DNA of 64,000 bases from a virus. The notes under the pieces are model-generated. The model ran no database searches. It saw only the letters and a program-made list of their open reading frames with translations, and was not told where the DNA came from. Positions 38,267-45,905 of this stretch are shown here, piece by piece. The number at the start of each line of letters is the position of its first letter. Position 1 is the stretch's first letter. The DNA is taken from the IMG/VR virus record IMGVR_UViG_3300007735_000801. One strand, 5' to 3'. Both the position numbers and the translations under genes were made by a program.

Positions 38267-38876
38267 CTTCACTAGTAGGAAGCATTCCCCTTGAAGATCT
38301 TTGATTATTTATTTTTCTTAATCTTTGGTCTTCATCTGATTTAATTTTATTTGTTTCTGCTTGTTGTGCAATATTTTTATTTGATTGTTGTTGCTGTTTA
38401 GTGTAATCATCTGGAGCAATTACATTTTTAATGGAATTATAAATAACTCCTGGAGTTTCTTTTACTGCATTTATTATATTATTTCGATACTCACTCACTT
38501 TTTCAGTAGAATTAAGAGGAGTATATACCGAAGGAAAATTAACTCCCTTAGCAGTTCTGTCAGAAGCAGCTTTAAATCCTGCTTGGTTTCCTACTAATCC
38601 GCCAGATTCTTCTCTATTATGATCAAATCTTAAACCTAAATCTGAATTTAATCTTTTTTCTGTACTCATTCTAGAATCATCTTCTCCTGGTTTTGCCATA
38701 AATCCTAGTTTACTATTAGCTAATGTCCAATAATTTGTTGTATGATCTCCACCATATAGATCTGCCATAAATCCAACATTACGGTTACCTTCTCCCCATT
38801 CAGCATCATCGGGAGTAACAAAAAATGGACTTTTTGGTTTAGATTCTTCTCTTAAAAATTCGATAAAGCTTTTCAT
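38262..38876 (-). CDS. Putative internal head protein with capsid-targeting sequence
   Basis: N-term MKSFIEFLRE; TATAAATA 6 nt upstream. Confidence 0.7.
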   Translation of the reverse strand: MKSFIEFLREESKPKSPFFVTPDDAEWGEGNRNVGFMADLYGGDHTTNYWTLANSKLGFMAKPGEDDSRMSTEKRLNSDLGLRFDHNREESGGLVGNQAGFKAASDRTAKGVNFPSVYTPLNSTEKVSEYRNNIINAVKETPGVIYNSIKNVIAPDDYTKQQQQSNKNIAQQAETNKIKSDEDQRLRKINNQRSSRGMLPTSEV

Positions 38877-38882
38877 ATACTA

Positions 38883-38900
38883 TATTTATACTCCTAAATA
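38883..38900. promoter_or_regulatory. Back-to-back late promoters: TATAAATA (- strand, 38883-38890) and CCTAAATA (+ strand, 38893-38900)
   Basis: Both lie in a 29-bp gap, 6 and 5 nt from their start codons. Confidence 0.7.
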
Positions 38901-38905
38901 CCTAT

Positions 38906-39463
38906 GTGATTATCGCAGGTATAGATTATTCCATGACAAGTCCAAGCATCTGTGTGTTCAACTCCACAGAGCCTTTCAAGTTTCAGAGATGTTCCTTCTA
39001 CTTTCTGAGCGATGTAAAGAAAAATCAAAAATTATTCCTGACCAATATTCGTGGAGATCCGTTTGATGACTGGAACTCTGATTTTGCTCGATTTGAAAGC
39101 ATATCAGACTGGGCACTACAGATGTGCATAGGATGCGACCAGATAGCCCTAGAAGGGTATGCATACGGTGCAAAGGGTAAAGTGTTTCATATTGCAGAGA
39201 ACACTGGCGTTCTCAAATATCGTCTGCATCAACTAAGTATTCCAGTAGAAGTGATTCCTCCGAGTGCCGTAAAGAAGCAGGCTGCTGGCAAGGGCAACGC
39301 AAACAAAGAAGAGATGTATCAGGCATTTCTAATGGAGACTGGAATAGATCTGAAGGGAACTATTAGTCCAGACAAGAAAGATGTCGGAAACCCCGTTTCC
39401 GACATCGTGGATTCTTATTATATCTGTAAGAGTCTCTACACCAAACTTAAGAGTTTGGGTTGA
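38906..39463 (+). CDS. RuvC-like Holliday junction resolvase / RNase H-fold nuclease
   Basis: AGIDYS.TSP, ALEGYAYG, IAEN.G.LK, P..VKK.A.GKGNA.KE.M, DIVDSY. Confidence 0.82.
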   Translation: MIIAGIDYSMTSPSICVFNSTEPFKFQRCSFYFLSDVKKNQKLFLTNIRGDPFDDWNSDFARFESISDWALQMCIGCDQIALEGYAYGAKGKVFHIAENTGVLKYRLHQLSIPVEVIPPSAVKKQAAGKGNANKEEMYQAFLMETGIDLKGTISPDKKDVGNPVSDIVDSYYICKSLYTKLKSLG

Positions 39464-39483
39464 TCTTAAAGACTTTCAGAGTA

Positions 39484-40872
39484 TTAATTATCCAAGCCGT
39501 AACGCTTAATATGAGTGTCTAAATCAGTATCGTCTGGATGGTTAGCAGACGGATCGCCGTCACGCAAATCCACAGGAATCAATTCTTTTTCTGCTTTAGA
39601 AACTAAACCATCACCATTTAGATCTTGAGCACCTGCTGGTCTACCTTTACCAAGTTTTACTCTGAAAGGATTTGCTGCACGAGCCTTGGCAAATTCTTCT
39701 GGAGAAGCACCTGCTGGTGTACCTCCACCTGGTGTATTTTCGTGCATCGGCATACGATTGCCGTTCACCCAGAGTCCTGGATTTTGTGCGTCTTGGCTTT
39801 TGGTTTGCATACTCTGGAGATGTGTCAAGAACATAGATCTGTTTGTGTTTTCTTGCATTGGAGCAGACTTTGATTTAGGTTTATCTGCCTTTGATTTATT
39901 TCTGTTGTTCCATGCTTTCATCATATCATCAACCATTTTACCTCGTTCTTCAACACTAGCATTGGGAAAACCTTTTTTTATTTGATTTGTAAAAGTAATA
40001 AGAGGTAAACCTATAGGATGATTTTCGTTTTCTTCTTGAAGACCAGCAACAACAGCTTTTGCTGCGTTTTGATCTTGTTCGTAAGCCGAGTCTGGTGAAT
40101 AGACTGGTAGACCCTGAGCCCTTCGTCGTTTTATTGCTGCTGCTCTTTGGTCTAGTTCGTCGTATGTTGAATCTTTAGCGTATTCAAGTGGATTTCTTGT
40201 GTTGGTAACAACCTTGTCTTGGTCTTGTAACTGTGCTCGTACTCTATCAGCCTTTACTGATGCATCAATTTCAGCAGAAAGTGCAGCACTTCTAGCTGCT
40301 TCTTCTGGTGTAACTTCTCTGTTGCCGTCTGCGTCAACTGGAGGAACAACAAGCTGAAGGTAATTATTTCGACCAGATTTTGGTTTAAAAAATGAACTAG
40401 TAGATGGATCTAATTTTCTGGCAAGTTCTTCTTGCATCGGTTCAGGTTGCATTGCTCCAGGAGCTCTACCACCACTAAGATTACCTCTTGCAATTTGCTT
40501 AGCCATAAGTTCTATTTCTGCATCTGCTACATTAGTTAATGGATTATAAATATCAGGATTACCATTTGGATTCATTCTAGCATCTTCTCTGTATAAGTTT
40601 TCAACATTTACTCTAGCTGGATTTCTATTACCAGAATTAGCATTCCAAACTTGCCGTGTTGTTGGGCTCATTGATCTGGCTGCTGCTCCTGTAGTGGATG
40701 CAGGTAAACCATCCAATCCATTACCCATTGGATCTATTACTTTTTCCTTATCCATATTACCTTTTCCTTCTTGGATAGGCATGCGATTGCCATTCACCCA
40801 GAGTCCTGGGTTCTGTGAGTTCTGGCTATTGGTTTGCATACTCTTTAAAAAAGATAGAAACATTGGGTTCAT
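39484..40872 (-). CDS. Late protein with duplicated 32-aa leader module, probable capsid cargo polyprotein
   Basis: MFL..L.SMQT.SQ..QNPGLWVNGNRMP..E occurs twice; EF-hand-like DLNGDGLVSKAE; late promoter at 40894-40899. Confidence 0.6.
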   Translation of the reverse strand: MNPMFLSFLKSMQTNSQNSQNPGLWVNGNRMPIQEGKGNMDKEKVIDPMGNGLDGLPASTTGAAARSMSPTTRQVWNANSGNRNPARVNVENLYREDARMNPNGNPDIYNPLTNVADAEIELMAKQIARGNLSGGRAPGAMQPEPMQEELARKLDPSTSSFFKPKSGRNNYLQLVVPPVDADGNREVTPEEAARSAALSAEIDASVKADRVRAQLQDQDKVVTNTRNPLEYAKDSTYDELDQRAAAIKRRRAQGLPVYSPDSAYEQDQNAAKAVVAGLQEENENHPIGLPLITFTNQIKKGFPNASVEERGKMVDDMMKAWNNRNKSKADKPKSKSAPMQENTNRSMFLTHLQSMQTKSQDAQNPGLWVNGNRMPMHENTPGGGTPAGASPEEFAKARAANPFRVKLGKGRPAGAQDLNGDGLVSKAEKELIPVDLRDGDPSANHPDDTDLDTHIKRYGLDN

Positions 40873-40904
40873 TTTATTCCTTTGGTTATACTGTATTTAG
40901 TGTT

Positions 40905-41198
40905 TTAACAATTCCACTTGCGAAGAGCCAGTGCTTTACGAGTAGGCTCTCCATTTGGTTTTTTCATGGCTCCAGGCATTCCGCCCATTCTGGCACAAAA
41001 AGATTTTCTTCTTTTTGCTGCTTTAGAGCCCTTTTTTAGTTTAGAAGGAGGTGTTGTTACTGCCGTCTGTAATTTACTTCCAGGATGTTCCCTTCGGTAA
41101 GAACGAATACCTTCAGGATTCAAACCACCCTCAGGATTCTTTCCTTCTTTGCGTGTCCATGCCGCAGTTTCGTTTAGGTATTCTTGAAACGATTTCAT
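40905..41198 (-). CDS. Putative internal head protein, small basic (DUF6321-like)
   Basis: MKSFQEYLNE followed by AAWTRKEGKNP.GGLN…RRKSFCARM.G…ALRKWNC. Confidence 0.72.
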   Translation of the reverse strand: MKSFQEYLNETAAWTRKEGKNPEGGLNPEGIRSYRREHPGSKLQTAVTTPPSKLKKGSKAAKRRKSFCARMGGMPGAMKKPNGEPTRKALALRKWNC

Positions 41199-41893
41199 GC
41201 TGGTGTTACTTTCTTTCCAAATGCTCCGTGCATTCCTACTCTAGACTTTTCTGCCTTCTTCTTTTTTAGCTCTTCGGAAGACATCTCTCCTGTTGTCTTT
41301 GGTGTACTTTTATTTATTCTTTTGGTTGGTCTGCAGTATTCGTTTTTTCCACCTGCACCACAAGCTTTACCGCTCTTCGTGTCTTTCCACTTCTCTGCTC
41401 CCCATCGTTTAAGGTTTGCTCCACTTTTAGTTTTGCGAACATCACCCTTTGATTTACGACATTTAGCAGTTGCTTGTGCTGCTCTGGCACTCCACTTGCC
41501 GTAACTTGCCATTACCTTTCGATAACAAGCATCCCGTTCTTCGGTTAGTTTTGGTGGAATTTTTTGACCATTAAAAAATGTACTAATAATACCAGTTGGG
41601 TGTGGTTCATCTGAAACAAAATGTCTTCCTGTTATTGGGTGTTTAATAACATATTGAACTTTATTCTCACTAGATAATGTTGCATCTTTTTCTGCTGTAG
41701 CTAAATCATCTGTGGAATTTGTTACAGGTTTATCTGTTGAAGTCTTTGTATACCCAGGCAAAGAAGTTAAATTATATCTTCTTGCTGTTGCATTACCAGA
41801 ATCAGAAAGTTGCCATGCTCTGCTACCTCTTTGTAGTGCAAAACTTCTAGCAAATGATTTTTCTTCGGTTAGATATTCTTTAAAAGATTTCAT
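41195..41893 (-). CDS. Putative internal head protein with basic C-terminal domain
   Basis: MKSFKEYLTE; second LTE site precedes DACY.KV…WSA.A…KCRK / LKRW..EKW.D domain. Confidence 0.7.
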   Translation of the reverse strand: MKSFKEYLTEEKSFARSFALQRGSRAWQLSDSGNATARRYNLTSLPGYTKTSTDKPVTNSTDDLATAEKDATLSSENKVQYVIKHPITGRHFVSDEPHPTGIISTFFNGQKIPPKLTEERDACYRKVMASYGKWSARAAQATAKCRKSKGDVRKTKSGANLKRWGAEKWKDTKSGKACGAGGKNEYCRPTKRINKSTPKTTGEMSSEELKKKKAEKSRVGMHGAFGKKVTPA

Positions 41894-42132
41894 GAATCTG
41901 CATTAATCTTTTTTCGTTTAACCAACACAGTCCATCCCCAGGCTACTGCCAAGAAGAGAACAGGAAGATACCACAAAATCCATCCCCAACCATTTCGTTG
42001 AGAAATGGTGTCTGCGTGTTGTGCCGCATTGGTGGAAATATCAGGAATGATTACAGGAGTTGTGTTGCAGGCAGTAAAAAAACAAAAAATTGTCAACGCC
42101 AATACCAAACGAGCCTTTGTGATAAGTTTCAT
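41890..42132 (-). CDS. Lipoprotein with C-terminal TM helix (spanin-like topology)
   Basis: Signal + lipobox FTAC; second hydrophobic segment WILWYLPVLFLAVAWGWTVLV then KRKK. Confidence 0.5.
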   Translation of the reverse strand: MKLITKARLVLALTIFCFFTACNTTPVIIPDISTNAAQHADTISQRNGWGWILWYLPVLFLAVAWGWTVLVKRKKINADS

Positions 42133-42141
42133 ATAATCTCC

Positions 42142-42579
42142 TTAAGATTTATTGCTGGCTGCAGCTGATCCAAAATAAAATCCTACAATTGAAAGTAAGA
42201 TCTGTCGATTTTCACTAGTGAACAAATACCCATTTATTTCCACAAAGAATTTTCGTGTAGAAGAAGGAATCAAACCAAACAGTCCCTCTGGTGTGGTTGC
42301 ATCAACTTCCACAAATGTTGGTGTGCCAAAGAACGGCAATATGAATGGAGCAAGTAGTGTGGCAAACAGAACTCCCAAGACAATAACTTGGCGCACAACA
42401 CGTCCAGCATCCACTGAGACACGCTGCACGGCTTTATCTTGATTCTCAGTTGTCTGCTTGTTCGCAGCCATGAGTTGATTAAACATCTCTTTTTGGTCTT
42501 GACTCTTCTGAGCCATGTAACGAAAAAGGAATCCAGTGAATCCGCCACCAATGAGTGAAATTAGTTCAGTTGGTATCAT
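42142..42579 (-). CDS. Membrane protein, holin-like
   Basis: Three hydrophobic segments, C-terminal I.GFYFG motif; late promoter at 42595-42600 and AGGAG RBS. Confidence 0.55.
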   Translation of the reverse strand: MIPTELISLIGGGFTGFLFRYMAQKSQDQKEMFNQLMAANKQTTENQDKAVQRVSVDAGRVVRQVIVLGVLFATLLAPFILPFFGTPTFVEVDATTPEGLFGLIPSSTRKFFVEINGYLFTSENRQILLSIVGFYFGSAAASNKS

Positions 42580-43126
42580 TTGATTCTCCTGTAGTATTTA
42601 GGCTATTCTTCTTTCTACGTCCCATATATCGTCCTGCACTTTGTTGTATTCGTTTTTGAACGGAAACAGGGATTCCAAGGTCATCAGGTTTCATTCCAGC
42701 TACGCCACCTGCGGCTACGCTATTAGCAATAGGTGCAGCTGCTCCTTCTCCGTCTTCCTGTAAAAGACCGCAAGCTCGTAATTCACGCATTGCTCCTTCC
42801 AAGAACATGGCACCATTGCCGCCAGCTTTTTCACACTCTTCTGTGAACAGAGCAAGAGCTGCAGGAACATTAGTAAGATGAGCACGAACATAAGGATCAG
42901 GAACTTTGACTAGTAGACGTTTTAAAGAGACAATTAGTTGTTCGAATGGAGTGAACTGTTGCAGTTCTCTCTGAGACAATTCCTCAACAGATTTTAATTG
43001 TTTTCCGTTAGCGTCAATGATACCCATACTGTAAGCTGGCATTCTGGTGAATGGAGTTGTCAGGGCATCAATGAATTTATACAGAGTAAAATTAGTAATA
43101 ATTTCAGTTAATTTACTAGGCTTCAT
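42566..43126 (-). CDS. Conserved T4-like hypothetical protein (late region)
   Basis: YKFI..LTTPF….AY..GIIDANG…LKRL motif; C-terminal LQE-DG…AP.NSV. Confidence 0.7.
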   Translation of the reverse strand: MKPSKLTEIITNFTLYKFIDALTTPFTRMPAYSMGIIDANGKQLKSVEELSQRELQQFTPFEQLIVSLKRLLVKVPDPYVRAHLTNVPAALALFTEECEKAGGNGAMFLEGAMRELRACGLLQEDGEGAAAPIANSVAAGGVAGMKPDDLGIPVSVQKRIQQSAGRYMGRRKKNSLNTTGESNDTN

Positions 43127-43503
43127 ACAATTTCCTTTAAAACTTTCATTATTCGATGATCTAACGGAATATCATCTATTTTAACTTCTGGTACCCTTTT
43201 AGGTAGGATTTGTAGAAAGTACAGAAATGTTTTTAGGTATGAATGATATCTGGGTTCAGTTTTAAAGAACAGAATTCGTGAACAAGCTTCAACCCCAAAC
43301 ACATTATTAAGTATCAGTATATGATTGAGCAGCAAACGATCTTTGAGTGTTTTCTTTAAATCATACTTATTAAATAACCGTTTAATGTATTTAATTCTAT
43401 TTAAATCATCATAGAATTCTGAAATCCCTATACAGTTGGGATTGTCATACATTTTAATGGCATAAAGAAGAAAAGTGTCTTCACTCAAAGGTTCATAAAG
43501 CAT
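43123..43503 (-). CDS. Conserved T4-like hypothetical protein
   Basis: L.E..F.LYAIK.YDNP.C…EF..DL.R.KYIKRL…LLLNH…NVFG motif. Confidence 0.75.
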   Translation of the reverse strand: MLYEPLSEDTFLLYAIKMYDNPNCIGISEFYDDLNRIKYIKRLFNKYDLKKTLKDRLLLNHILILNNVFGVEACSRILFFKTEPRYHSYLKTFLYFLQILPKRVPEVKIDDIPLDHRIMKVLKEIV

Positions 43504-43506
43504 ATT

Positions 43507-44079
43507 TTAATTTTGTCTTTGTTTAATAAATCCGTGTGTATCCAATGGAGGAGTAATTGCGCCCATAGTTTTTTGACCTTGTTCTGGGTTATCGCCACTA
43601 TAGCGTACAACATCAGCAGACATCTTGTATAGACCAGATGGTGCCTCTTGAATTCCCAAAGCAATGGCTAGATGATCTCCGTCAAGAGTATCCTCAACGC
43701 CATCAGTTGTCTTGAATCCATCCTTCATCAGGTTGTGTTCTGGTGTGGTACCAAACGTGCCACCAAAGCGACTAAGCTTCAGGTATTGTGTTTGACCAAC
43801 ATTCAATTCAGTCTTGCCATTAAACTCAAAATCTAAACCAGCCAAGTTGATCTTGACTCGCATCAAAGACAAAGCTGCACGAGGTTCCAGATATTCACGT
43901 CCTGTGAATGCGTTCAAGAATGCTTGAATTCTCTGAACTTGTTGGTTGTCTTCGATACGGTGAATGCCGAAGTCGCTTTGAGCAGACTGCACACTTTGTG
44001 CTGGGTATCCCCCAAGAGCTCCGCCTTCGGTATTTTCACCTTCGTTTAATTGTAATCGTAAATCTTTGTATTTTTTCAT
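43507..44079 (-). CDS. Late hypothetical protein with CTS-like N-terminus
   Basis: MKKYKDLRLQLNE; TATAAATA at 44094-44101 and AGGAG RBS. Confidence 0.65.
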   Translation of the reverse strand: MKKYKDLRLQLNEGENTEGGALGGYPAQSVQSAQSDFGIHRIEDNQQVQRIQAFLNAFTGREYLEPRAALSLMRVKINLAGLDFEFNGKTELNVGQTQYLKLSRFGGTFGTTPEHNLMKDGFKTTDGVEDTLDGDHLAIALGIQEAPSGLYKMSADVVRYSGDNPEQGQKTMGAITPPLDTHGFIKQRQN

Positions 44080-44128
44080 TTTTGTCTCCTTTGTATTTAT
44101 ACGGAATTAATCTAATCTTTATGTGCTA

Positions 44129-45265
44129 TTACTGAAATAGTCCTGGATTGGTTGCAGCATAGGCTGTTCTTGCGTCGCCTCTTTCACGTGCAGCCTTACC
44201 TTGTGCGTTTGTAGCACCTTGAGTGCCTGGAATATTTGCAACAGTTCTACGACTAGTAACAAACTTCTTTTGTCTGGTTTGCTTATCCGCTTCTTCTCTA
44301 TTTCTGGCTACGGTTTTGCGGTTTCCACCAGTTCTAGATCTCTTTGTTATTTCTTTTTCTCGCTTTTCGTGTTCAGGACCAGCATGTCGTTGTCTTTGCA
44401 TACCTTTTCTCTTTTTTCTACTAAGACTTGAATAATTCTCCTGAGAGGTAAATAAATCTTTACCCTTATGTCCGTTACCACTTCTAGCGTCTATTACTTG
44501 AGCGGTAGCAATTCGATGTGCTGCTTCTTCTTTTGTGTCTCCATTTTTTAATTGAGGATTAAAGCTTTTGCTGCGCAACATAGCGTCTGCACGACGATCA
44601 CGATCACTAATTTCTGCCTTTGTCATAGAAAATTCGTTATCTTTGTTAACAACTTCTTCAGTAATATTGCCAAAGAATCTAGTCTTTAGGCGATCACACA
44701 ACAACAAACTAATGTCTTCATTCACAGTGCGTTTACTAATTTCAACAGCAGCTAATTGTTTTAACGCCTTTTCTTTGGTTGGATGACTGCCTAATACTCG
44801 TCCACCGCCCTCTGTTGTTACAACGTATTTATCTCCACGCTTATGAATTTCTTCCTGAATCAATTCACCATCACTATTGTCCACAATAGTATGGGCATGT
44901 TTTCTCTTTTTCTCAGGCTTATCAATAATAATTTTAACATTTTCACAAATAATTTTAACTATATTTTGCGAGTAAACGACTTTCTTTAGAAATTCTCCTT
45001 CGTAAAGAGCACAATTACCCTTGAATTGACCAAAAGTTCCAAAAAAAGTACCTTCATCCGACTCTAATAATGCCTTTTTTCCAATTAATTTATTTAAATT
45101 TAAATCAGAAATACTATTTACGTGCTCGGTAATGTATAGGTCTGGTTTGCCTTGCGGAGTAGTGTTTCCAAGATACTTAGCCTTTATCTTATCTTTAAGC
45201 TTGTTTGTCTTGTCTTGTTGATTGCAACCACAACCTTCGCATAGATTTGATAATTTTGTATTCAT
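44129..45265 (-). CDS. Modular late protein, probable capsid cargo polyprotein
   Basis: Many (I/L/V)xE sites; module IHKRGDKYVV…LGSHPTKEKALKQLAAVE; basic tail; TAAATA 5 nt upstream. Confidence 0.6.
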   Translation of the reverse strand: MNTKLSNLCEGCGCNQQDKTNKLKDKIKAKYLGNTTPQGKPDLYITEHVNSISDLNLNKLIGKKALLESDEGTFFGTFGQFKGNCALYEGEFLKKVVYSQNIVKIICENVKIIIDKPEKKRKHAHTIVDNSDGELIQEEIHKRGDKYVVTTEGGGRVLGSHPTKEKALKQLAAVEISKRTVNEDISLLLCDRLKTRFFGNITEEVVNKDNEFSMTKAEISDRDRRADAMLRSKSFNPQLKNGDTKEEAAHRIATAQVIDARSGNGHKGKDLFTSQENYSSLSRKKRKGMQRQRHAGPEHEKREKEITKRSRTGGNRKTVARNREEADKQTRQKKFVTSRRTVANIPGTQGATNAQGKAARERGDARTAYAATNPGLFQ

Positions 45266-45273
45266 AAAGGTAT

Positions 45274-45900
45274 TTAGTGTTTCTGTAAACCTAGTTGTAT
45301 GGCTATTAGATTACGAATTTTTCCGATTTCTTTGACTACAAGCTCTTTGTCTATTTCTTCTGCCTTTATAGAACTACACCATTGTACCAATACAAAGCCA
45401 GTTACTTGGTTTTTAACACTTATTGGTAGCACCATAAACGCTTCTATGTTTCGGCTTTCGAAAAATTGTTTGAAATATGAATCTTTCAGGTCCGTAGTAT
45501 AGGTAATAATTGGGGTATTATCCAGAACCAAGCTTAATAGGGGAACAAACAGGGAGCAAAGACTGCCAGTCATTTGTCCAACACAGGACCCTATACCACG
45601 AATCAGAGATTCGTGAGTAACCGAGAACTTTCTCATGGAAATACCGTCCATAAAGTACTCTCCGTTATGAAACTGTAGTATTTGTGTTCTTGCAGAATCT
45701 GTTAGGATTCTAAGTTCTGTGAGAAGTTCGTGTATTTCGCTATGAACCACAAAAAAATTATCACTCCTAAACTGGGTTTTTATCTTGGACCAGCTCTTCC
45801 TAAAACCAATCAAAACACCAATAGCAATTGCTGTGTAAACTGCCCAATCCTCGAAAACTCGCACAAAATCTTGAGAAATATTAAAATAACCATTTAACAT
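45274..45900 (-). CDS. Single-TM protein with GAF-like domain (T4 holin T-like architecture)
   Basis: N-terminal TM, then L.EL…R..I.QFHNG…S..HE…LPI…GF..V.W GAF-like pattern; 208 aa. Confidence 0.5.
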   Translation of the reverse strand: MLNGYFNISQDFVRVFEDWAVYTAIAIGVLIGFRKSWSKIKTQFRSDNFFVVHSEIHELLTELRILTDSARTQILQFHNGEYFMDGISMRKFSVTHESLIRGIGSCVGQMTGSLCSLFVPLLSLVLDNTPIITYTTDLKDSYFKQFFESRNIEAFMVLPISVKNQVTGFVLVQWCSSIKAEEIDKELVVKEIGKIRNLIAIQLGLQKH

Positions 45901-45905
45901 ACAAA

